Shown: in pieces, positions 50,889 to 59,760 of the stretch
How the letters are laid out: each line of letters starts with the position of its first letter
Position numbering within the stretch: the first letter of the stretch is position 1
From: Anaerolineae bacterium
GTDB lineage: Bacteria; Chloroflexota; Anaerolineae; Aggregatilineales; UBA3940
NCBI GenBank assembly: GCA_016928235.1
Contig: JAFGLD010000205.1
Coordinates: forward strand, 1,348 to 65,347
DNA: 64,000 nucleotides
Direction: 5' to 3'
Notes under the pieces: model-generated
Databases searched by the model: none
What the model saw: the letters and a program-made list of their open reading frames with translations, nothing else
Told to the model about the DNA's origin: nothing
Position numbers and translations under genes: made by a program

Positions 50889-51902
50889 ATGTGGAAATAT
50901 ATTGCACGCCGATCCTTTTACATGATTTTTACCGTCTGGGTTATCTCGATCATTACATTTGTAGTCATTCAGCTGCCGCCTGGAGACTATGTGTCTAAAA
51001 TTATGAATCAAATGCTCCAGGCCGGCGGCAGCTCGGCAACACCGCACCTGGAAGAGGCCTTGCGTGCTCAGTATGGTCTCGATCAACCGATGTATGTTCA
51101 GTACCTAAAATGGCTGGGGAATGTGCTGCAAGGAAATTTTGGGCATTCCTTCACTTACCTAAAAGATGCCAAGGAGATTATCTGGCAGCGACTCCCCATG
51201 TCATTCGTCCTGGCCTTTGGCAGCTTGATACTGGTGATAGTCTTATCGCTGCCGCTTGGCATCTACTCAGCCGTGAATAAGTACTCAATAGGGGATTACT
51301 TTATCACCTTCATGGCCTTTGTCGGCCTGGCGGTACCCAGCTTTTTGCTGGCGCTCATTTGTCTGTATCTCAGCTACAAATACGGTGGGCAAGCCCTGAT
51401 CGGGTTGTTTTCGCCACAATATGTAGATGCCCCCTGGACTTGGGCCAAGTTTCTCGACCTGCTTCGGCATCTTTGGATTCCCGTCATCATCGTCGGCCTG
51501 GGTAGCTCGGTAGGAGGCGTCGGCGGAACTGCCATCCAGCTCCGTGTGATGCGTGCCAATCTGATGGATGAGTTGCGCAAACCGTATGTGGATACGGCTC
51601 GGGCCAAGGGAATGCCGGAAGGAAGACTGCTGTGGAAGTATCCGGTCCGCCACGCCATGGTTCCATTCTTCAGCAACATTGGGTGGGCATTACCCAGCCT
51701 GATCTCAGGCGAGGTGCTGGTCGCGATTGTCTTGAACCTGCCAACGTCCGGACCGATCTTGCTGCAGGCGCTGATGGACCAGGATATGTACGTGGCGGCC
51801 GGCTTTATCCTGGTATATAGCATCCTGACCGTCGTTGGCGTTTTTATCTCCGACCTGCTCCTGGCATGGATCGATCCACGCATTCGTCTGGGACGAATGT
51901 AA
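50889..51902 (+). CDS. Opp/Dpp permease (DppB-like)
   Basis: YGLDQP, YVDTARAKG, DPRIR. Confidence 0.93.
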   Translation: MWKYIARRSFYMIFTVWVISIITFVVIQLPPGDYVSKIMNQMLQAGGSSATPHLEEALRAQYGLDQPMYVQYLKWLGNVLQGNFGHSFTYLKDAKEIIWQRLPMSFVLAFGSLILVIVLSLPLGIYSAVNKYSIGDYFITFMAFVGLAVPSFLLALICLYLSYKYGGQALIGLFSPQYVDAPWTWAKFLDLLRHLWIPVIIVGLGSSVGGVGGTAIQLRVMRANLMDELRKPYVDTARAKGMPEGRLLWKYPVRHAMVPFFSNIGWALPSLISGEVLVAIVLNLPTSGPILLQALMDQDMYVAAGFILVYSILTVVGVFISDLLLAWIDPRIRLGRM

Positions 51903-51932
51903 GGCCTTGCATCGCAAAATGAGGACAGTTTA

Positions 51933-53063
51933 ATGACCCAAAAGCAACCACAACACACCCGTGATCCCAGAGAAGAAACCAAATCGCTGGAAATAGAAGT
52001 TGCTTCTCAATGGAAGCTCATGTGGTGGAAGTTTCGCAAGCACAAACTGGCGATGGCAAGCGCCGTGATCATTATTATTGCCTATGCCATAGCTATTTTC
52101 GCCGAGTTTGTTGCCCCTGTCGCATCCTCCACATATAGCAAAGATTATGTCAATGCCCCGCCTCAATGGCCCCATTTCTTTCAACCTGATAAACCCATCT
52201 TATATGTGAATGCCCTCAAGTTCGAGACAGACCCCAACTCTTTTAAGAAAACCTGGACTATCGATGAGGAGACCGAGATTCCTCTTGGCTTCTTTGTTAA
52301 AGGAGATCCATACAAATTATGGGGGCTGATCCCCAGCGATATCCACCTGATCGGGACTCAGGATCCCCAGGCCCCCTTCTATATGATGGGCTCAGACGCG
52401 CTTGGTCGCGATGTGTTCAGCCGGATCGTTTATGGAAGCCGTGTGTCGCTGACGGTGTGCCTGGTTGGCACCACGCTGAGTCTCTTCCTGGGCATGATCT
52501 TGGGCGGTCTGGCTGGTTTTATGGGGGGCTGGGTTGACAATGTCATCCAGCGACTTTCTGAGATCTTGACTACCATTCCGACTCTCCCGCTCTGGCTGGC
52601 ATTGGCTGCGGTCGTTCCTCTGGACTGGTCTCCGCTACGGGTTTACTTCATGATCACCCTGATCCTGGCACTGATCCAGTGGGTTTGGCTGGCGCGTGTC
52701 GTACGAGGCAAACTCATGGCCCTGCGCGAAGAGGATTTTATCACAGCGGCGATCTTGGATGGTGTTGGGCAGGGACGGCTCATTGGGCGTCACATGATCC
52801 CTTCAATGTTGAGCCACATCATTGCCTCGTTTACCCTGAACATTCCCGGCATGATCCTGGCAGAAACAGCCCTTAGTTTTTTGGGCGTCGGCTTACGTCC
52901 GCCCGTCGTCAGTTGGGGTGTGATGCTTCAGGAAACGCAGCGGGTGGGTGCCATTGCCAACTATCCATGGATGATGTTTCCTGGGCTGGCGGTATTCATC
53001 ATGGTAGTGACACTGAACTTTTTGGGTGACGGGCTACGCGACGCAGCCGACCCATACCAATAG
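51933..53063 (+). CDS. Opp/Dpp permease (DppC-like)
   Basis: GSDALGRDVFSR, ETALSFLG, GDGLRDAADP. Confidence 0.93.
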   Translation: MTQKQPQHTRDPREETKSLEIEVASQWKLMWWKFRKHKLAMASAVIIIIAYAIAIFAEFVAPVASSTYSKDYVNAPPQWPHFFQPDKPILYVNALKFETDPNSFKKTWTIDEETEIPLGFFVKGDPYKLWGLIPSDIHLIGTQDPQAPFYMMGSDALGRDVFSRIVYGSRVSLTVCLVGTTLSLFLGMILGGLAGFMGGWVDNVIQRLSEILTTIPTLPLWLALAAVVPLDWSPLRVYFMITLILALIQWVWLARVVRGKLMALREEDFITAAILDGVGQGRLIGRHMIPSMLSHIIASFTLNIPGMILAETALSFLGVGLRPPVVSWGVMLQETQRVGAIANYPWMMFPGLAVFIMVVTLNFLGDGLRDAADPYQ

Positions 53064-53073
53064 AGGATGTCTC

Positions 53074-54111
53074 ATGTCTGAACTCCTACTTGAAGTCAAA
53101 GATCTAAAAATCCACTTCTTCACCGACGAAGGCGTGGTCAAAGCAGTCGAAGGCATCGACCTCAAAATTGAGCGCGGCAAGACAGTTTGCCTGGTCGGTG
53201 AGAGCGGCTGCGGCAAGAGTGTGACGAGCCTATCGTTCCTGCAAATCATCCATGCGCCAGGCAAAATTGTGTCAGGGGAGATGGTCTACTACAGGCAGAC
53301 ACCCGACGGCACAACCTGGGAGATTGATCTGGCAAAGCTCAACCCGAAAGGCAGAAAGATTCGGGAAATACGTGGCGCGGAGATATCGATGATCTTCCAG
53401 GAGCCAATGACCTCTCTCAGCCCGCTATATACCGTGGGAAACCAGATCATCGAAGCCATCCGGTTGCACTCGAAGGCCACCAAAGATGAGGCCAGAAAAC
53501 AGGCCATTGAGATGCTGCACCGCGTTGGCATCCCTAATCCGGATCGATTGATAGATGAATACCCGTTCACTTTGAGCGGTGGAATGCGCCAACGTGTTAT
53601 GATCGCCATGGCGCTTTCCTGCAACCCAACGATGCTGATCGCGGATGAGCCTACCACAGCTCTGGATGTGACTACTCAGGCCGAGATTCTGGACCTGATT
53701 CAGGAGCTCCAACAGCAATATGGCATGGCGGTCTTGTTTATCACGCACGATCTGGGTATCGTAGCGGAGGTTGCAGACGATGTAGCCGTGATGTACCTGG
53801 GGAAGATCGTGGAGCGCGGGAGTGTTGATGACATCTTCAATGCCCCTAAACATCCCTATACACAGGCCCTTCTACACTCTATTCCCAAGGTCGCCATGAA
53901 GCGAGAAGACCTGGAACCCATCCAGGGGATGGTTCCCAGTCCCTTCAGGCGGCCTAACGGCTGTTCTTTCCATCCCCGTTGTTCCAAGGCCATGGATATC
54001 TGTTCTCAGATCGTCCCGGCTGTGACTGCTATAGACGACGATCATACAGTGCAATGTCTATTGTATGAAGATGTTGCCAGCAGAGCCGAGGTGGAGCGTG
54101 CACAATCATGA
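53074..54111 (+). CDS. Opp/Dpp ATPase (DppD-like)
   Basis: GESGCGKS, LSGGMRQR, HPYTQ, GCSFHPRC. Confidence 0.93.
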   Translation: MSELLLEVKDLKIHFFTDEGVVKAVEGIDLKIERGKTVCLVGESGCGKSVTSLSFLQIIHAPGKIVSGEMVYYRQTPDGTTWEIDLAKLNPKGRKIREIRGAEISMIFQEPMTSLSPLYTVGNQIIEAIRLHSKATKDEARKQAIEMLHRVGIPNPDRLIDEYPFTLSGGMRQRVMIAMALSCNPTMLIADEPTTALDVTTQAEILDLIQELQQQYGMAVLFITHDLGIVAEVADDVAVMYLGKIVERGSVDDIFNAPKHPYTQALLHSIPKVAMKREDLEPIQGMVPSPFRRPNGCSFHPRCSKAMDICSQIVPAVTAIDDDHTVQCLLYEDVASRAEVERAQS

Positions 54112-55187
54112 GTAAACAAGCAATGTCCCAAGATAAACTACAGGAGAGCGTTCCCCTCACAATGAAGGATGACAGTTATCTGCTGGAAGTTAACAACTTG
54201 AAGATGTATTTCGCTATCACGCGCGGAATCATGGCGCGTCTGGGCGGTTACACCAAGGCTGCTGATGATGTCAATTTCTTCATCCGTAAAGGAGAAACGT
54301 TAGGGTTGGTTGGAGAAAGCGGCTGCGGAAAGACAACGGTTGGGCGGTGCATTGCCCGTGCTTATGAGCCAACCGCCGGCGAGATTCTCTACAGGAGAGC
54401 CGACGATACAATCGTCGATCTGGCACGGCTTGAAGGACAGATTCTCCGACAGTATCGCAAAGATATCCGCATGATTTTTCAGGATCCTTACTCTTCACTC
54501 AATCCACGGATGACAGTTTTCGAGATTGTCAGCGAAGCCTTGAAGGTTAACCATATGGGCACCCAATCGGAGATGGAAGATCGGGTAGCTTATCTGCTAA
54601 AACGAGTGGGGCTGCGTCCGGAATACATGCAGCGTTATCCCCATGCTTTCAGCGGCGGCGAGCGCCAGCGCGTCGGAGTGGCACGCGCATTGGTGACCAA
54701 TCCCAGCCTGATCATCTGCGACGAGGCGGTATCCGCATTAGACGTTTCGATCCGAGCCCAGATCCTCAATCTGCTGGAAGAGCTGCAAAGCGATTTCGAT
54801 CTGACTTACCTGTTCATCTCCCACGATCTGAGCGTGATCCGGCATATTTGCGACCGCGTTGTGGTCATGTATGTGGGCAAGATAGTCGAAGTAGCCTCGG
54901 GTCTCGATCTGTATATGGATCCCAAACATCCCTACACCGAGGCCTTAATGTCGGCTGTGCCAATCTCGAACCCCCGGCTTCGAAATAAAGAAAGCCGCAT
55001 TCGCTTGAGCGGTGAAATAGCCGACCCGTCTAACCCGCCTTCCGGCTGCTATTTCCACCCCCGCTGCCAGTATGCCAAGGACATTTGCTCCCAAGAGGCC
55101 CCTCCACTCCGGGAGTTACCCGGCAACCGGTTTGTTGCCTGTCACTTTGCTGAAGAACTCGATCTCCGCGGCGCAACCATGGAGTGA
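54108..55187 (+). CDS. Opp/Dpp ATPase (DppF-like)
   Basis: GESGCGKT, FSGGERQR, GCYFHPRC, VACH. Confidence 0.93.
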   Translation: MSKQAMSQDKLQESVPLTMKDDSYLLEVNNLKMYFAITRGIMARLGGYTKAADDVNFFIRKGETLGLVGESGCGKTTVGRCIARAYEPTAGEILYRRADDTIVDLARLEGQILRQYRKDIRMIFQDPYSSLNPRMTVFEIVSEALKVNHMGTQSEMEDRVAYLLKRVGLRPEYMQRYPHAFSGGERQRVGVARALVTNPSLIICDEAVSALDVSIRAQILNLLEELQSDFDLTYLFISHDLSVIRHICDRVVVMYVGKIVEVASGLDLYMDPKHPYTEALMSAVPISNPRLRNKESRIRLSGEIADPSNPPSGCYFHPRCQYAKDICSQEAPPLRELPGNRFVACHFAEELDLRGATME

Positions 55188-55267
55188 TAGAGGGTTGACA
55201 GATAGGAGACATTAAGATTACAATCGCTTATATGAGCTAAGTGAAGCTCAGACAGGCAATGTAACAA

Positions 55268-55740
55268 GTGGATGCCTCCCCACACGATCGGCAAGTATGC
55301 GGGTACAGAGGTGCCATTCCCTCGTTGCGACCACTTGGCGATTGGTGGTTTGATCGATGCCTTTTTGGACCGGGTATTGAATGTGTTTTGTATGCTGTAG
55401 TGAGTTCATACAAACAGAGGGGCGATCTTGATCAACAGATTAAATATCTCGCCGGCCATTATCCGGGATGCAAAGTCGTCGACGAAACAAGTTTCGTGTT
55501 CGATATTGTTGGGGGGCTCAGCTTCAATCTGTAACTATTCAGTTCTTGGTGCTGGCTGCTTGACGGTTTTGAGTGATGAGTGACAAGTTTTAGTTTGCAG
55601 CTAACCGCTAACCGCTGAATAGTTACATCTATTTATGTGTAAAAGGGATTGCTTGCGCGGCCCAATTCCGGTCTCCAAAGTCGGGGTGGGCTATGCGCGA
55701 AAATACATTTGATGCGATCGCCCTGTCTTGGCTGCCCAAA
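55268..55740 (+). pseudogene. Degenerate IS607-family serine recombinase (TnpA), interrupted by a MITE
   Basis: LYAVVSSYKQRGDLDQQIKYL...DIVGGLSF resembles YARVSS..Q..DL..Q...DIGSGLNF; KGLLA continues after the MITE. Confidence 0.55.
55531..55626 (+). mobile_element. MITE with GTAACTATTCAG TIRs (copy 1, 96 bp)
   Basis: 12-bp perfect TIRs; homologous to 63414-63502. Confidence 0.85.
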
Positions 55741-55791
55741 GGCTCTGTGTAAGGTCATCGACTCCAATCTCTCGCCACAGGTGATAAGCAT

Positions 55792-57063
55792 ATGCGCAAG
55801 ATTATCGTCCGTAAGCCCAATCATATTGCTCCGTTCAACGAGCCTGCTCGTGTACTCCGCGTGCTCAACAAGCCGCTCTGGCAGTGGCAGCGCGATTTGT
55901 TATCGCTCTATTGTGATGAAGAGCTCATTGTCGATGATATTCGCACAGCTTCGAATGACACGGTAGAAACCATTGTCCATAGTGACAACTTGTGGTTTGA
56001 TGAGGCGTTCCTGACCTATTTTATCCGGGAGGCACGCCGTCGGCATAAACCGGTGCGAGCAGCTTTCAACCTCAAAGATCAGGCTTATCTCCAGCAAGGA
56101 CTGCGTGCTTTAACGCGCTCTTATGTTCAGCGAGGCGATCTGTGCTATCTGGATCTGTGGTATTTCCCGATGGGCTTAACCGATCAGGCTGAGGCTGTCG
56201 TGATTCCCAGTAATGCCCTGGAAGTCGGCTACCACCACATTCCCCCTACCAACACACTTGGCCCGGCAGAGCAGCATAGCCAGCTGGTATGGTGGTTGCC
56301 GGAGCGCGCGGTTTGCGCAATCGATAGTTGGGTACATCTTTTCTTTGCCAACATCGTATTTGGGATTTTTAGCCAGGCTCATCGATTCGAGCTGAAAGCC
56401 TCCGATCCATCATTCCGGATTACAGCGTTGCTGCGATCCTTTCTGGAGCGTAAACCACTGCTTTCATCATCGACCTACGTGCAAATGGGAAAAAATTGCA
56501 GTATCGATCCAACTGCCATTCTTGAGGGGCCTCTGTTTATCGGCGATAATGTTACGATTGGCCCAGGCTGTGTGGTGACACAGTGCATCATCGGCGATAA
56601 TGTCACGCTGACGCATAGCAATCACTTCCACATGTGTGTGATGAGTGATAACTGCTTCTTCCCTTGGGGAGCCAGTGCCTATTTCACAACCTTCATGGAA
56701 AACTCGATCTGTGGCCAGAATGCTACGATCGAGATGAGTGTATTGGGGAGAAATTCCTTTGTTGGAAGCGGAACGATACTCACCAACTTCAACCTGCTGC
56801 CGGTGCCGCTCAAGACGGTCATCAACGGGCAGACTCTCGAGTTGGATATGCCGGTGCTGGGTGCCTGTGTTGGTCATAATACTCGTCTAGGTTCTGGGTT
56901 GATCGTCTATCCGGCCCGCATGATCGAGTCGGATGTTGTCCTGGTAGCATCGCCGACGCGCCGGGTGATTGCCAAGAACATTAGCTACGAGGAAAGCGAT
57001 CATCATGCCATCTATATCAATACCGATCTTCATCCACGCCGCTACCCGCGCGAAGATGAATGA
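55792..57063 (+). CDS. Hexapeptide-repeat (left-handed beta-helix) protein with a nucleotidyltransferase-like N-terminus
   Basis: LRVLNKPL; GKNCSIDPTAILEGPLFIGDNVTIGPGC..IGDNV repeats; GACVGHNTRLG. Confidence 0.8.
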   Translation: MRKIIVRKPNHIAPFNEPARVLRVLNKPLWQWQRDLLSLYCDEELIVDDIRTASNDTVETIVHSDNLWFDEAFLTYFIREARRRHKPVRAAFNLKDQAYLQQGLRALTRSYVQRGDLCYLDLWYFPMGLTDQAEAVVIPSNALEVGYHHIPPTNTLGPAEQHSQLVWWLPERAVCAIDSWVHLFFANIVFGIFSQAHRFELKASDPSFRITALLRSFLERKPLLSSSTYVQMGKNCSIDPTAILEGPLFIGDNVTIGPGCVVTQCIIGDNVTLTHSNHFHMCVMSDNCFFPWGASAYFTTFMENSICGQNATIEMSVLGRNSFVGSGTILTNFNLLPVPLKTVINGQTLELDMPVLGACVGHNTRLGSGLIVYPARMIESDVVLVASPTRRVIAKNISYEESDHHAIYINTDLHPRRYPREDE

Positions 57064-57265
57064 TCATGATAAGCGGGGCATAATCTGTGAACTGATTGCT
57101 CAAGATATTTGTGGGTTGCCGTACTGGTATGGCGAATCCTCAAAACACCTTGTAGGGGCGGTCTGAGACCCGCCCGATTGATGGGCCAGGTTTATTCGTC
57201 AGCAGCATCGTGGTGTGACAAACAAAAAAGAATGAACATTGTATTGATCTGGGGCGAGGGTTGAC

Positions 57266-58369
57266 ATGGAAGACACCTTCGCCTTTATCATCCACCCCAT
57301 TAGCGCCAAGAGAGATGTCGCCCGTAAATATCCTTTCTTGGGCAAAGTGCTGACCGAGAGGCAGATCGATTTCTTCTGCCGATTCTGGCCGCCGGTCTAT
57401 CTTTCACGTATCGATGGGATATGCTCCGCATCAACCGGCAATGCGGTCACTGGCTGGTTTGTGGCTGCGCCCTATACCCCTCGTATGATGCTCTCTCTGT
57501 CGGTGAAGCAAGTGTATCGTAAGATCGTCCAGACCGGACATCTTGCTGAGCGGTTGGGCGCGCGTATTTTAGGGCTGGGGGCGTTTACAGCGGTTGTGGG
57601 AGATGGTGGCATCACTGTAGCCCGTGAGCTTGATATTCCGGTTACGACAGGCGATGCATATACGGTAGCACTGGCAGTCCAGGCTGCCCGTGAAGCCTCC
57701 CGACAGATGGGTGTTGATCTCAGCCAGGCGACGGCCGCTGTTGTCGGGGCGACCGGAGCCATTGGCGCGCCATGTGCCGAATTATTGGCCGATGAGACTG
57801 CCCGTCTGATCCTGGTCGGTAAGCATCCCAGATCAATAGAGGCTGTGTATGACCGATGCTCAGGAAAAGGAGGACAGCTTGAAGCAACCACCGATCTGAC
57901 ACGCATTCGAGAGGCCGATGTAATCCTTTCGGCTACCAGCGCAGCCAGAGGGATCATCAGTCCAGAGCATCTTAAGCCGGGGGCAGTGGTCTGTGATGTA
58001 GCTGTTCCGCCGGATGTTTCTCAGGCTGTGTCCAGACAGAGAGAGGATGTACTGGTAGTTGAAGGGGGAATGGTGGATGTGCCGGGTTCAGTGAACTTTC
58101 ACTTTAATTTTGGTTATCCGCCAGGCAAGGCTTATGGCTGCATGGCTGAGACGATGGCCCTGGCATTGGAAGGTCGTTATGAAGACTATACGCTTGGAAA
58201 ACGTATAGAGATCGAGCGGGTGCGGGAGATCGAAGCAATAGCCACCCGGCATGGCTTTCGGTTAAGCGGGCTGCGCAGCTTTAATCGGGAAATTACGGCT
58301 GCTCAGATCTCCCAGATACGCCAACGAGCTGAAGATATGCGCCGCCGCCGCGACAGCGGTGCTCTTTGA
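57266..58369 (+). CDS. Acyl-ACP reductase-like NAD(P)-dependent oxidoreductase (COG5322-type)
   Basis: FAFIIHP, GLGAFT, VTTG, VVGATGAIG, CDVAVPPDV, AYGCMAETM..ALEG, HGF. Confidence 0.82.
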   Translation: MEDTFAFIIHPISAKRDVARKYPFLGKVLTERQIDFFCRFWPPVYLSRIDGICSASTGNAVTGWFVAAPYTPRMMLSLSVKQVYRKIVQTGHLAERLGARILGLGAFTAVVGDGGITVARELDIPVTTGDAYTVALAVQAAREASRQMGVDLSQATAAVVGATGAIGAPCAELLADETARLILVGKHPRSIEAVYDRCSGKGGQLEATTDLTRIREADVILSATSAARGIISPEHLKPGAVVCDVAVPPDVSQAVSRQREDVLVVEGGMVDVPGSVNFHFNFGYPPGKAYGCMAETMALALEGRYEDYTLGKRIEIERVREIEAIATRHGFRLSGLRSFNREITAAQISQIRQRAEDMRRRRDSGAL

Positions 58370-58519
58370 TCGTTGAAATCCTACCAAATGGCACTTGTCA
58401 CTCGTTGCTCAACGCTACCGGTTTCCATGTGCCTACCCGACTTTCGGTTATAATGGTGGATGAGTCTTGTTTTGATGGCGTTACATCAACTCATTCATTC
58501 ATCAGGGAAAGGACAACCT

Positions 58520-59686
58520 ATGTCCCGCTCAAAGGCACTTATCATTTCTGTTTTTGCGATTGGCCTTGCCGCTGTAGTTCTCACCTGGACAACCGTGCCA
58601 GGCGCTGCGGCCTCCGCGCCGACATTGTCTGATAAAGCTTCTGTCCTCAACGGCTCATCTGCATCGGCATGGCAGACCAACACTCCCAGACCTACCCGAA
58701 CGCCCTGGCCAACCTGGACACCCAGGCCCACGCGCACTCCCAGGCCAACAGCCACACCTCGTCTCCCGGTTTTTTGCAAACGCACAGGAAATATTCGGTC
58801 TTGCATGAAGATCGAGTACGCTTCCTATGTTGACAGTGACGGCAAGAGGCAAAGTCTGCTGCTCGATCTGTACCTGCCCAGATGGGATACCGTGCCAAAT
58901 CCACCACTCTTAGTCTATATCCCCGGCGGTGGCTGGCTGACCGGCTCCAGACAGGAGTGCCCTGGCGCGATGATCGCCAGACAGGGGTTTGCTCTGGCCT
59001 GCATCGACTATCGGCATACCGATGTGGCGCATTTTCCGACGCAGATCCAGGATGTCAAGGCAGCTATTCGCTGGCTGCGCTCCAGTGCCGGGCAGTATCA
59101 CTTTGATGGCGATCACATCGGCGCATGGGGAACTTCGGCCGGGGGGCATCTCAGCGCCCTGCTGGGAACATCGCAGGGCGTCCCTGAGCTGGAAGGGACA
59201 AGCGGCGTACAGGGTGTATCGAGCGCGGTGCAGGCTGTAGCAGACTGGTATGGCCCGACCGATTTTAACCGCCTACCCCTGGCCTTCAATGAGGATGTAT
59301 ACCTTCCGGTTCCGGACGAATTCTGGGCCAAATACAACGAACGGCCCTATTACGGGATCACCCTGGCTGTTACACTTTTCATGGGTGGGGCGGTCTGGAA
59401 ACATCAGGATCGGGTTGCCCAAGCCAACCCGATCACATGGGTCGATCCGTCTGACCCGCCCTTCTTTGTTTTTCACGGCGAGCCGGATAATGTCGTGCCG
59501 GTCAACCAGAGCGATATGCTGGTTGGATCACTTCAGGCCAACGGAGTGCCGGTTGAATATTACCGGCCTCCAGATCGAGGCCACTCTTGGGCCGACGCCG
59601 GCAGTGCGGAATTCAGCCCAACATTGGTTAACATGGTGCTTGATTTCTTCACCCGTTACCTCAAACCGCAACCACCGGCGAAATAG
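58520..59686 (+). CDS. Secreted alpha/beta hydrolase (HSL/BD-FAE-like esterase) with Pro/Thr linker
   Basis: Signal peptide, TPRPT repeats, PGGGW, GTSAG, HGEPD, GHSW. Confidence 0.88.
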   Translation: MSRSKALIISVFAIGLAAVVLTWTTVPGAAASAPTLSDKASVLNGSSASAWQTNTPRPTRTPWPTWTPRPTRTPRPTATPRLPVFCKRTGNIRSCMKIEYASYVDSDGKRQSLLLDLYLPRWDTVPNPPLLVYIPGGGWLTGSRQECPGAMIARQGFALACIDYRHTDVAHFPTQIQDVKAAIRWLRSSAGQYHFDGDHIGAWGTSAGGHLSALLGTSQGVPELEGTSGVQGVSSAVQAVADWYGPTDFNRLPLAFNEDVYLPVPDEFWAKYNERPYYGITLAVTLFMGGAVWKHQDRVAQANPITWVDPSDPPFFVFHGEPDNVVPVNQSDMLVGSLQANGVPVEYYRPPDRGHSWADAGSAEFSPTLVNMVLDFFTRYLKPQPPAK

Positions 59687-59711
59687 CCGTCCTCAAAGCA
59701 CATCAAACAAA

Positions 59712-59743
59712 ATGGGCGGCAAGGTGCAAATCTTGCCGCCCAT
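59712..59743. terminator. Stem-loop between convergent genes
   Basis: ATGGGCGGCAAG / CTTGCCGCCCAT with an A-run on the left. Confidence 0.75.
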
Positions 59744-59760
59744 ATATGAACCGCACATTA

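Noticed and set aside
57266-58369. Shikimate dehydrogenase aroE
   Set aside because: Lacks the AroE SxSP and NxTxPxK motifs; motifs fit the acyl-ACP-reductase-like family better
58680-58760. TPRPT repeats as a DNA repeat element
   Set aside because: Ordinary Pro/Thr linker with synonymous codon variation
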